DNA from: Capsulimonadaceae bacterium
GTDB lineage: Bacteria; Armatimonadota; Armatimonadia; Armatimonadales; Capsulimonadaceae
Length of the DNA stretch: 64,000 nt
NCBI GenBank assembly: GCA_965215505.1
Contig: OZ244065.1
Coordinates: 5,440,001-5,504,000, forward strand
Direction of reading: 5' to 3'
Both the position numbers and the translations under genes were made by a program. The notes beneath the pieces were generated by a model. That model did not search any database. It was not told where the DNA came from and worked only from the letters and a program-made list of their open reading frames with translations. Below are positions 27,315 to 36,324 of this stretch, one piece after another; position 1 is the stretch's first letter, and the number at the start of each line of letters is the position of its first letter.

Positions 27315-29101
27315 CGGGCGGCCCCCGCGTCTGCTTTCGGCGTCAGACGCCAGACCGGGCCGCGCGGGCTGTGCCAGGCGGGGGCGAGGGTGTAAGGCGA
27401 CAGCAAGGCTTTGATGTCCGTCTGCGTCAGATGGTGGCGGGCGGCGAGTTCGGCCAGCGTGTGCGGGTTGTGGGCAGGACCCAGGTTCAGGCCGGCGGGG
27501 ATCAGCTCGTCCAGGGCGTAGACGGCGTGGCCCCCCGCCAGGGCGGCGGCGATCTGCGCCCGCGCCGAGGGGGGGGCGTCCGGCCCGGCGGGGCTTGCCG
27601 CAGTGAGCGCGGCGGCCTTGTCGTTGCGGGCCTTGGTCAGCAGCCCGTGCAGGGAGATGACCTGACGGTCGGCGAAGTAGGGCAGGGCGACCTCGCACGG
27701 CCCGCCGTCGCCCGCGCCGGCCACCAGGATGACGTCGCCCGGCTGCGTGTGCGCGCGGACATCGGCGGCGATGCGCCGGAACGGGTCGGAGTTCGGGGCG
27801 AGGTGCGGCAGGACGCTGGCCTGGGCGTTCAGCAGCCCGTACAGGACGATCCACGTCCCCAGCAGCCAGTTCGCCGCCAGGCCCCCGCGCCGTGCCCGGT
27901 AGTGGGCCAGGGCGAGGGCCAGCATGACGGCGGTGGGGACCAGCACGGGCACCCAGAAGACGAAGTAGCCGGGCGACCAGACCGTGAAGAAGGCGGCGTA
28001 GACGACGATCCACAGGACGCAGACGATCATCATGCGCCGGTTGTGCGAGCGCCAGAGCAGCGGCAGGGCGGCGAGGAAGGCGTAGGCCGCTCCCAGCCAG
28101 CCGAGCAGGGTGGCATAGTAGAGGGTCTTCAGGGCGACCGGGATGTGGCGGCCCACGCGCAGTGTCCCCTGCCGTCCGGGCAGGTCGGCGATGACGGCGT
28201 GGAGGAAAGCCTTGACGTCCAGGCCGAGGTTTGCGAGGATGTGGAAGTCCCACCACCAGCCAAGCTCGGCGTACTCGCTGGACCAGTGCCGGAAAGCGGC
28301 GACCGAATGCAGGTGCAGGGCCAGGACGCCGACGCCGAGGTACGGCAGCGCCGCCGCCGCGCCCCAGGCGGCGAGGTAGGCCAGGGCCATCCGCCGCCGG
28401 CGCATCTTCATGGCGGCGGGCAGCAGCAGAGGGTCCTCCTCGGCCAGCAGGACGCCCGCCAGACCCACAACGACGAACAATCCCGCGCTCTCGTGGAACA
28501 GGACCGCCCCGCCCGCCAGCGCGCCCACGGCGGCGGCCGAGCTGACCTGGGGACTCTGCATGGCCCGGCACAGGACGGCGAAGGCGCAGAGCATCAGGAA
28601 CACGCTCGGCATGTTCACCCGGCCGTCGGCGGCGCAGATCCAGTAGCCGAAGGAGAAGGCAAGGCCCAGCGAGATCAGCAGGGGCAGCCACCGCGACCGC
28701 TGCAAGAGCCGCCGCAGGGTCAGGTAGAACACCGCGACGCCGCCCGCCCCCAACGTCGCGTTCAGGCTTTGCAGCACGACCAGCGAGCCGCCCACATAGC
28801 CCAAAGCCTGCGCCGCCCGCCACAGGACATAGCCGAGGGCGTTAAAGAGCAGGTGGTGCGGGTGGAAGAGCCAGCGCGGGTCGCCGGTGCGCGGGTAGAG
28901 GTGCGCGACCTGGTTCGCGTAGGAGACGGCGTCGAACGTGTTCGCCTGGGTCCGCGTCGCCCAGTAGACGACCAGAGTGCTGAGGAACAGCAGGCCCGTC
29001 GGCAGCCAGAGCGTCCAGAGCGCGTGCGAAAGGGCGGAAGCGCGCGCCGCATCGTGCCGCGCCGCCGGGCGGCTGGAAGCCTGTTTCGCCTGTGTCGCCA
29101 T
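27311..29101 (-). CDS. Polytopic membrane protein, GT-C glycosyltransferase-like (ArnT/PMT/DUF2723-like)
   Basis: About 11 TM segments; D in the first loop (TFDAVSY); HPHHLL; soluble C-terminal domain. Confidence 0.6.
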   Translation of the reverse strand: MATQAKQASSRPAARHDAARASALSHALWTLWLPTGLLFLSTLVVYWATRTQANTFDAVSYANQVAHLYPRTGDPRWLFHPHHLLFNALGYVLWRAAQALGYVGGSLVVLQSLNATLGAGGVAVFYLTLRRLLQRSRWLPLLISLGLAFSFGYWICAADGRVNMPSVFLMLCAFAVLCRAMQSPQVSSAAAVGALAGGAVLFHESAGLFVVVGLAGVLLAEEDPLLLPAAMKMRRRRMALAYLAAWGAAAALPYLGVGVLALHLHSVAAFRHWSSEYAELGWWWDFHILANLGLDVKAFLHAVIADLPGRQGTLRVGRHIPVALKTLYYATLLGWLGAAYAFLAALPLLWRSHNRRMMIVCVLWIVVYAAFFTVWSPGYFVFWVPVLVPTAVMLALALAHYRARRGGLAANWLLGTWIVLYGLLNAQASVLPHLAPNSDPFRRIAADVRAHTQPGDVILVAGAGDGGPCEVALPYFADRQVISLHGLLTKARNDKAAALTAASPAGPDAPPSARAQIAAALAGGHAVYALDELIPAGLNLGPAHNPHTLAELAARHHLTQTDIKALLSPYTLAPAWHSPRGPVWRLTPKADAGAAR

Positions 29102-29134
29102 TGCCTGAACCCCCTGCCTTTAGCCCGTCCGGAC

Positions 29135-31063
29135 TCAGAGTGCGTGAACGACGAGGGAGGCCGGATACGCCGAGCCGTTCAGGAGAATCGTGCGGACCCG
29201 CACGGTCCGCGCCTCGCCCGCATCCAGCCGGATGCGCGTCAGCTCCCGCTCGCCCGGCGGTGGCAGGGGATCGAACTGGAGCAGCGGCTCGCCCGAGATC
29301 TGGAAGACGCCCGCCGCCAGGCCCGCCTCCGGGGCGAAGAACAGCCCGACCGTTTGCGCCTTCGCGGTGGGGTTGGTCAGGTGCAGGGTGACGAAATAGG
29401 AGACGCCGTAGTTCCCCCAGAGCGTCTGCGTCCCGGCGGCGTTTTTCAGCGATTCGGCGTTGCCGAGCCGGAGGTAGGCCCACAAGCCGCCGACGGCGTA
29501 AGCGCCCGCGAGCGAGACGCGCGGTGCCCCAAAGACGTAGGGGGAAACCTCGCGCACGGCCCCCGTCGCGAGCGGCGCGGCGGGGGCGGAAACGAGGCGC
29601 GCGTCGGCCCCGTCCGCCCCGGCCACCGTACTCGCCAGGTGGCTGGGCGACGAGACCAAAGCCTGTCGATCGCCGTCGGCCACCACGCTCAGGCTCAGGG
29701 CACCCGCCGGCCCGCTGATCTGCTGGAGCTGGACGATGCCGCTGACCGTCAGAAGGGGCGCGAAGCGCTGCACCAGGAGCGGGACTCGCGCGTGCGGCGG
29801 CACGTCCACGACGACGCCGGTGCCGCTATCCAGGGCCTGGAGGAAGGCGACGCCCGCCCGCCGCCCGATCTGGACGGTGTCCACTTCGGGGTCGGCGACG
29901 CCCTCCATGATGTGGACCGAGGTCTTCTGGTCGGAGGCGTTCACCAGGTCCGCGTGGAAGACCAGGGGGAGGCCGGTCTCGTTCTGGTGGTGGTAGTCCA
30001 GCCGGACCGCCCGGAAGGGCGACAGCGGCCCCGTGAACAGCGTCTGGGCCTGCTTGACCTGTTCCGGGTTGTTGGAGTAAAACGTCGTCTCGGCCCGCGC
30101 GGGCGCGAGCGGCTGGTTGACGACGGTGACGATGGGTGTGGCCTCGACCGGCAGCAGGTCCGGGCCGGCCACGCGCAGCACCAGCCGGCGCGTGACGGAC
30201 GCACCGGGGCGCAGGCTGCCCGCGGCGCGGGGCGTTTGAAGCAGGCGGAGCTGCGCGCCGTCGGCGGCGGTGAGTGCCTGTTCCAGACCCAAATAGAGGG
30301 CCGTCTGCACCAGCGCGGCGGGCGCGAAGGGCCGCCCGGTGACGCGCACGATCACGCTGGGCCGGACGAGCGCGGCGTACCGGCGGACCGAGACGGTCAG
30401 CGGCAGGGATGCCCCGTTGGCCTGCACCAGCAGCCGTGCCTCGCCCGCCTGCGCCCCGCGCAGGGTGATGCGCCGCGAGTGCGGCTCATAGGCCGCCGGG
30501 CTGACCAAGCTGTCGCCGCCGGTCAGCGTGATGTCGGCGGCCCCGGCCGCCCCGCCGACGAGGACCGTGCGGGTCGTGCCCAAGGGCAGCACAATCTGAC
30601 TCTGGGCAAGGGACAGGGGCGGCTCGCCCAGCCGCGTCTTCAGCGTCTTCGCCCAGGCACGCGCCAGGTGCCGGGCGGACTGACCCTCCGCAGACCCGTC
30701 GCGCGCGCTGACGAGGATGATTCGCGCGCCCCGCCCCTGGATCTCCCAGCCCGCGCGGCCGAGGGGGACCAGGGCGACCTGGGCGGGCGTCAGGCCCGCG
30801 TAGACCAGAGCGGTTAGGCGGTCCTTAATCGCCACCGCCCGCGCGGCAGGGGTCAAGCCGCCCGAGGCGCTCCGCAGGGTGGCGAGCGGCTGGTCATTGA
30901 CCGTCAGGCGGGCGACCTGACCTCGCCGTGTGGCCCAGGACTTGGCACCGATGCGCGCGTGGAAACCCGTCTGGGCTGCCGCGGGCGTGGGCGAAATCAG
31001 GCCCGCCGCCACGCACGCCCCGCCCAATGCCGCAGCGATGCGGGCTACTATCGCGTAGTGCAA
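29135..31063 (-). CDS. Secreted hypothetical protein (about 642 aa)
   Basis: GAGGAG RBS before TTG 31063; signal peptide ending PAAAQ; FYSNNPE and GNYGV.Y motifs; beta-rich. Confidence 0.7.
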   Translation of the reverse strand: MHYAIVARIAAALGGACVAAGLISPTPAAAQTGFHARIGAKSWATRRGQVARLTVNDQPLATLRSASGGLTPAARAVAIKDRLTALVYAGLTPAQVALVPLGRAGWEIQGRGARIILVSARDGSAEGQSARHLARAWAKTLKTRLGEPPLSLAQSQIVLPLGTTRTVLVGGAAGAADITLTGGDSLVSPAAYEPHSRRITLRGAQAGEARLLVQANGASLPLTVSVRRYAALVRPSVIVRVTGRPFAPAALVQTALYLGLEQALTAADGAQLRLLQTPRAAGSLRPGASVTRRLVLRVAGPDLLPVEATPIVTVVNQPLAPARAETTFYSNNPEQVKQAQTLFTGPLSPFRAVRLDYHHQNETGLPLVFHADLVNASDQKTSVHIMEGVADPEVDTVQIGRRAGVAFLQALDSGTGVVVDVPPHARVPLLVQRFAPLLTVSGIVQLQQISGPAGALSLSVVADGDRQALVSSPSHLASTVAGADGADARLVSAPAAPLATGAVREVSPYVFGAPRVSLAGAYAVGGLWAYLRLGNAESLKNAAGTQTLWGNYGVSYFVTLHLTNPTAKAQTVGLFFAPEAGLAAGVFQISGEPLLQFDPLPPPGERELTRIRLDAGEARTVRVRTILLNGSAYPASLVVHAL

Positions 31064-31179
31064 AGAAGTCTCCTCAAGCCGGCCGCCCGCCTGGGGCAAG
31101 CGCGCCGACTTGGAATTATAGGCGTTCCGGGGGCCAAAAGTCAAGCCGAAACGCTCATGCGTAGGGTAGAATACCATCA

Positions 31180-32430
31180 ATGTCTACCCCGCAAGCCCCC
31201 CCGCCAGCCGACGCCGCGCCCGCAGAGATGCCCGCACACCGCCTCCGCCGGGCGCAGGAGCCGCCTCGTGCCGCCGTCCTCGGCGGCGGCCCGCTCGGCC
31301 TGGAGGCCGCACTCTATGCCTCCCGTCTGGGCCACTCCGTGTGGCTGTTCGAGCGCGAGGCCGAGATCGCGCCCGACGTGCGCGCCTGGGCACACGTCAG
31401 CATGTTCACCCCCTGGGCCGCGAACCGCAGCCCGCTGGGCGAGTTGCTTCTGCGCGAGGCCGTCCACAAGGAGAGGCTGGTGGTGCGGAAGTTCCCGCCG
31501 GGACGACTCTACCCCACCGGCGAGGAGTTCATCTCGCTCTATCTGGAGCCGCTCGCCCGGCTGCTCGGCGAGTCCGTCCTACGCGAAACGCGCGTGGTGG
31601 CCCTGGGACGCTCCTACCTCTTCCCCGAGGAGCATTCGGATGACCCGCAGAAGCGGGCCGCGCGCCGGTTCCGCCTGCTCACGCGCAGCCCACGCGAGGA
31701 GCGCATCTACACGTCCGACTACGTCATAGACGCGACGGGCGTGACGCACACGCCGCGCTGGCTCGGCGCGGGTGGCCTGCCCGCGCTGGGCGAGATGGGC
31801 GGCTACCACCAGATTTTTCACCACATCCCCGACGTCAAGGGCCGGGACCGCATCCACTTCCTGGGCAAGCGGACGCTGCTGGTCGGCGACGGCCCCTCGG
31901 CGGCGACGACTCTGGCCGACCTCCTGGAAGTCGCGGGCCTGGAGCCGCACGGGGAAGTGATCTGGGCCACCAAGTCTCGCGCGGAGATGCCGCTGCCGCT
32001 GACCGAGGGCGACCCGCTGCCCCGCCGGGACACCTTGATGAAGAAGGTCAATCTTCTGGTCAAGAACGGGCACCCACGGCTCCATTACAGCCCGATCACG
32101 CAGGTCGAAGTCGTCCAGCACTCGCTGGCCGACGGCAAGTTCCGCGTCACCCTCCAGGTCAACCACGAGACGCAGCGCATGACTGTGGATTCGGTGGTCG
32201 CGAACGTCGGCTCCCGCCCGGACGCCGTCACTTACGAGCGCGTCCTGCACGCCGAGGAGCCGGGGATCTACTTCGTCGGCGCGAAAGCCAGAGGTACGGG
32301 CGACTTCTTCCTGGCAGAAGGCAGGACGCAGATCCGGGACGCCTTCCGCCAGATCACCGGACAGCCCGATCTGGACCTCTACTCCGAGGCGTCCGCCGCC
32401 CTCGACGCGCCCGCCGGTTCGCCGCCCTGA
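31180..32430 (+). CDS. FAD-dependent oxidoreductase / flavin monooxygenase-like
   Basis: AVLGGGPLGLEAA FAD motif, DYVIDATG and a degenerate second Rossmann motif LLVGDGPSA. Confidence 0.8.
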   Translation: MSTPQAPPPADAAPAEMPAHRLRRAQEPPRAAVLGGGPLGLEAALYASRLGHSVWLFEREAEIAPDVRAWAHVSMFTPWAANRSPLGELLLREAVHKERLVVRKFPPGRLYPTGEEFISLYLEPLARLLGESVLRETRVVALGRSYLFPEEHSDDPQKRAARRFRLLTRSPREERIYTSDYVIDATGVTHTPRWLGAGGLPALGEMGGYHQIFHHIPDVKGRDRIHFLGKRTLLVGDGPSAATTLADLLEVAGLEPHGEVIWATKSRAEMPLPLTEGDPLPRRDTLMKKVNLLVKNGHPRLHYSPITQVEVVQHSLADGKFRVTLQVNHETQRMTVDSVVANVGSRPDAVTYERVLHAEEPGIYFVGAKARGTGDFFLAEGRTQIRDAFRQITGQPDLDLYSEASAALDAPAGSPP

Positions 32431-32461
32431 CCGGGCGCTTTCGCTTTCTTCCGCTGCGGCC

Positions 32462-32491
32462 TTGACTTTTCCCCGTGCCGGGCTGTATGAT
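32462..32491 (+). promoter_or_regulatory. Sigma70-type promoter of ilvA
   Basis: TTGACT (32462-32467), 18 nt, TATGAT (32486-32491). Confidence 0.65.
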
Positions 32492-32497
32492 GGGGGC

Positions 32498-33751
32498 ATT
32501 ATAGCGGAAGCAGAAACAACCGAAAAGGGCGATGAGCCGCGCGTAAAGCTGGCCGACATTCGGGCCGCCTGGCCCGCCGTCCGCGCCGTCGTCCACCACA
32601 CCCCGACCACGACAAGCGCCGCCGTCTCGCGCCGCGCGGGCGCATCAGACCTCGTGTTCAAGTGCGAGAACTTGCAGCGGACCGGCTCGTTCAAGATCCG
32701 AGGCGCTTTCCACCGCCTCTCACTGCTGACGGACGAGGAGCGCGCGCGTGGCGTGGCCGCCGTCAGCGCGGGCAACCACGCTCAAGGAGTCGCGCTGGCC
32801 GCCGCCCTGCTCGGCGTCTCGGCGACCATCTTCATGGCCGAGAACGCCAGCATCGCCAAGATCAAGGCCACCGAAGGCTACGGGGCGCGCGCTGTCCTGG
32901 GCGGCCGGAACTTCGACGAGGCGGCCGTCGCCTGCGCCGCCTTCGTCGCCGAGACGGGCGCGGTCTTCATCTCCCCTTATGACGACGACGGCATCATCAC
33001 GGGGCAGGGCACCTTGGGCCTTGAACTCCTCCAGGACCTGCCCGACGTCGAGACAGTCATCATCCCCATCGGCGGCGGCGGCCTGTTCTCGGGCGTTGCG
33101 GCGGCCGTGAAGGAGTCCAGGCCCGACGTCCGCATCATCGGAGTCCAGGCCGAAGGCGCGGACGCCGCCGTGCAGTCGTTCCGCGCGGGCCGTCTGGTGC
33201 CCCGACTGACGCCCCTCCGGACCATCTGCGACGGCATCGCCATCAAGTCGCCCTCCCCGCGCACCTTTGGGTATATCCAGAAGTATGCCGACGACGTGGT
33301 CTCCGTGCCCGACGGGTCCGTCTCCGCCGCCCTGCTGCTTCTGCTGGAGCGAGCCAAGATGGTCGTCGAGCCGAGCGGCGCGGCCGGCCTGGCCGCCCTG
33401 CTGGCGGGCCGGACGGAGGCGCGCGGCAAGACCGCCGTCATCCTGTGCGGCGGCAACATCGACGCCCTCGCCCTGGCCGACCTGACCCAGCGCGAAATGC
33501 TGCGCGCGGACCGCTATTTGCGCCTGCTGACCGCCTGCGACGACCGCCCCGGCGGCCTGGCGGGCCTTCTGGACATTGTCGCAGGCGAGCGCGGCAACAT
33601 CATCACGGTCAACCACAACCGCCTCAGCTCACAGATCGGGCTGGGCGTGACCGGCGTCGAGCTTCTGGTGGAAGTGCGCGACCGGGCGCACCAGGAACGC
33701 ATCATCGCCGCCCTGCGGGAGCGCGACTACCCGGCAGAGCGTTTGGATTAG
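32498..33751 (+). CDS. ilvA: Threonine ammonia-lyase with C-terminal ACT domain (start uncertain)
   Basis: KCENLQRTGSFKIRGA (PLP Lys), SAGNHAQG, PIGGGGL, VEPSGA and DRPGGL ACT motifs. No in-frame ATG precedes the conserved region. Confidence 0.92.
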   Translation: MIAEAETTEKGDEPRVKLADIRAAWPAVRAVVHHTPTTTSAAVSRRAGASDLVFKCENLQRTGSFKIRGAFHRLSLLTDEERARGVAAVSAGNHAQGVALAAALLGVSATIFMAENASIAKIKATEGYGARAVLGGRNFDEAAVACAAFVAETGAVFISPYDDDGIITGQGTLGLELLQDLPDVETVIIPIGGGGLFSGVAAAVKESRPDVRIIGVQAEGADAAVQSFRAGRLVPRLTPLRTICDGIAIKSPSPRTFGYIQKYADDVVSVPDGSVSAALLLLLERAKMVVEPSGAAGLAALLAGRTEARGKTAVILCGGNIDALALADLTQREMLRADRYLRLLTACDDRPGGLAGLLDIVAGERGNIITVNHNRLSSQIGLGVTGVELLVEVRDRAHQERIIAALRERDYPAERLD

Positions 33752-33784
33752 AGAAAATTTAAAGAGAAGAGTTAGGAGATCATC

Positions 33785-34939
33785 ATGGCAACGGAACCCG
33801 TCATCTCGAAAGGCCTGGAAGGCATCACCGCCGCCGCGACGCAGATCGCCGAAGTGGACGGCCAGAACGGCCGGCTGACCCTGCGCGGCTACGACATCGG
33901 CGAGCTGTCCGGCAAGGTCACGTTTGAGGAGGTCGCCTACCTCCTGTGGAACGGCAGCCTGCCTACGAAGACCGAGTACGATGACCTCAGAGCCGAGATG
34001 AGCCGGGCCCGCGCCCTTCCCGCCCCCGTCCTCGACGCCCTGGCAGACCTCGCCCCCCACGCCGAGGGCATGCACGTCCTCCGCATGGGCGCTTCCATGC
34101 TGTCCCTCGGCGATCCCGACGTGGACAGCCTGGACCTCGCCGGGGCCAAGCGCCGCGCCGCCCGGCTCCAGGCGCAGATGCCCGCCCTCGTCGCCCACAC
34201 CTGGCGGCTGCGGCAAGGGCAGGGGATCGTCCCGCCCAAGCCCGAACACGGCCTGGCCGAAGGCTTCCTGTACATGCTGGAAGGCGTCGAGCCGGACCAG
34301 GCCCGCGTGGACGGCCTCAACGCCTACATGGTGGCCGTCTCCGAACACGGCCTGAACGTCTCCACCTTCTGCGCCCGCGTCGCCATCTCCACCGACTCCG
34401 ACATGGTTTCCGCCCTGACCGCAGCCGTCGGCGCACTCAAAGGACCCAAGCACGGCGGCGTCCCCGGCCCCGTCCTAGACATGCTGAACGCCATCGGCAC
34501 CCCCGACAAGACCGACTCCTTCGTCCGCGCCGAGATGGCGGCGGGCCGCCGCATCATGGGCTTCGGCCACCGCATCTACAAGGTCCGGGACCCCCGCGCC
34601 GCCATCCTGTCCGCCGCCGCCGAGAAGATGGCCGCCCTGACCAACGACTACGCCCTGCTGAACCTCACCAAATCGGTGGAACAGACCACGATAGACGTGC
34701 TGGCCGAACTGAAGCCGGGCCGCGACCTGTACGCCAACGTCGAGCTGTACGCCGCGCTGATACTGCACGCCGTCGGCGTCCCCTCCGCCCTGTTCACCCC
34801 CGTCTTCGCCGTGGGCCGTACCTCCGGCTGGACCGCCCACATGATCGAGCAGCTAGACGGCAACCGCATCATCCGTCCCGAATCCGTCTACATCGGCCCC
34901 CGCGACCTGAAGTGGCAGCCGATGGACGCGCGGGGTTAG
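33785..34939 (+). CDS. Citrate synthase / 2-methylcitrate synthase (short type)
   Basis: KGLEGI, EHGLNVST, LKGPKHGG, IMGFGHRIYK..DPR and YANVE motifs; AGGAG RBS. Confidence 0.92.
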   Translation: MATEPVISKGLEGITAAATQIAEVDGQNGRLTLRGYDIGELSGKVTFEEVAYLLWNGSLPTKTEYDDLRAEMSRARALPAPVLDALADLAPHAEGMHVLRMGASMLSLGDPDVDSLDLAGAKRRAARLQAQMPALVAHTWRLRQGQGIVPPKPEHGLAEGFLYMLEGVEPDQARVDGLNAYMVAVSEHGLNVSTFCARVAISTDSDMVSALTAAVGALKGPKHGGVPGPVLDMLNAIGTPDKTDSFVRAEMAAGRRIMGFGHRIYKVRDPRAAILSAAAEKMAALTNDYALLNLTKSVEQTTIDVLAELKPGRDLYANVELYAALILHAVGVPSALFTPVFAVGRTSGWTAHMIEQLDGNRIIRPESVYIGPRDLKWQPMDARG

Positions 34940-34955
34940 CGAAAATGGGGGCATC

Positions 34956-35432
34956 ATGCGGGACTTGTCTGAACTCTACCTGCGGCGCTCCAGCCCGCCA
35001 CCTTCCGCTGAGGCGATCCGCGCTTTTGAGGCCCATTTTGGGGTGACGCTCCCGCCCGACTACCTGCACTTTCTGTCACTGGCAAACGGCGGCGAGCCGA
35101 TGCTCGACTGCACGTTCAACTACACGACGGCCCTTGGGGACTTCGTGGAAGACGCCGACCAAGTTGCCGAGTTCTTCGCCCTGACTTCTGACCCCGAGAA
35201 CGGCGGCGGCATCTGGAGCAACACGCAGTACCTCCTGAACGAGCTTGAAGCCGTCGGCAAGGCCGAGAACGTCATCTGCATCGCCAGGGCCAGTGAGTTC
35301 GATTACATCTACCTGGACACGAACACTGACCCGCCCTGCGTCCGCTTCCTCTGCCTCGATATGAAGGAGACCATCCCAACGATCTCCACGTCAATTGGCG
35401 AGTTCCTGGCGGGTTTGCATTACCGGCGGTAG
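34956..35432 (+). CDS. SMI1/KNR4 (SUKH) family protein
   Basis: PSAEAIRAFEAHFGVTLPPDYLHFL..ANGG signature. Confidence 0.85.
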   Translation: MRDLSELYLRRSSPPPSAEAIRAFEAHFGVTLPPDYLHFLSLANGGEPMLDCTFNYTTALGDFVEDADQVAEFFALTSDPENGGGIWSNTQYLLNELEAVGKAENVICIARASEFDYIYLDTNTDPPCVRFLCLDMKETIPTISTSIGEFLAGLHYRR

Positions 35433-35436
35433 GAAG

Positions 35437-35578
35437 ACCATGTGTTAAAACACACGGCTAGACGGCCTGCGGCCACGAAGTGCCGCTTCGCGGCACTCGG
35501 ACGGGAAACTATTCTCATCCCCGCGAAGCGGGGATTGTTGGCGTCCGCGCCGTCTAGCCGTGTGTTTTAACACATGGT
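35437..35578. repeat. 142-bp REPIN/MITE-like element with perfect 30-bp terminal inverted repeats and two internal hairpins
   Basis: ACCATGTGTTAAAACACACGGCTAGACGGC (35437-35466) is the exact reverse complement of 35549-35578; internal hairpins AGTGCCGC-TTC-GCGGCACT and ATCCCCGC-GAA-GCGGGGAT. Confidence 0.85.
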
Positions 35579-35604
35579 TTGGGATTATGGACAGTTGAGG
35601 AGCG

Positions 35605-36324
35605 ATGATGGGAGTGCTGAAAGGACTGAACTGGCTTCAACGGCGGCGTCTCAACCGCGCTCTGCTGGTTGCGGTATCTAAAGGTGAGACGCAGCAAGTG
35701 AAGTGGCTGCTTGACTCAGGAGCCTCAGCCAATGCCGAGGCTTGGCGTGCAACTGCTTTAGGAACCGCTGGTCGCTCTCCTTGGGGCAACGCCGCTACTG
35801 TTCGTCTTCTGCTGGAGCGTGGTGCTTTCATCAATGGTGATCCTCGGCGAAGAAGAACCCAAAATCCCCTCGTTCAAGCCTCTCATCAAAGCGATAATGA
35901 CCGTATCAGGCTGTTGATAACACACGGCGCAGATGTCAATGCTCTTCAACCAGGTTTAGGTACAGGACTTACGCCATTGCAGGAATTAGTCAAGTGGGCC
36001 GATCTGGACACTCTCAGTTTGCTTCTGGAACGTGGCGCGGACATCAACAAGAGATGTGCAACCTATGCGAAGCGCATGAGGGGCGGCTTCACGGCACTTC
36101 ATTCTGCCGCCAGTGCGGGGCGTCCCGATGTTGTGGCCTTCCTCCTCGAAAAAGGCGCTGACATAACTCTCTCTGATGCTCAAGGTAGAACCGCGCTCGA
36201 CTCTGCTCGAAGAACACTAGAACAACCATTCTTCCGCAACAAGAAAAACGAGACATGGGCAGAGGCTTATCGAGAAACTATTGCCTTGCTTGAAAAGGAA
36301 ACCGAACCATGCCCAAATCATTGA
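35605..36324 (+). CDS. Ankyrin-repeat protein
   Basis: About five repeats, e.g. LLERGADIN and [25 protein letters not shown]...D.QGRTALD; AT-richer codons. Confidence 0.9.
   Translation: MMGVLKGLNWLQRRRLNRALLVAVSKGETQQVKWLLDSGASANAEAWRATALGTAGRSPWGNAATVRLLLERGAFINGDPRRRRTQNPLVQASHQSDNDRIRLLITHGADVNALQPGLGTGLTPLQELVKWADLDTLSLLLERGADINKRCATYAKRMRGGFTALHSAASAGRPDVVAFLLEKGADITLSDAQGRTALDSARRTLEQPFFRNKKNETWAEAYRETIALLEKETEPCPNH

Noticed and set aside
27371-30817. 1148-aa plus-strand ORF, and similar long ORFs at 5044-7167, 19945-21381 and 23083-25002
   Set aside because: Antisense shadows of well-supported genes in high-GC DNA; Arg/Gly-rich with no motifs.
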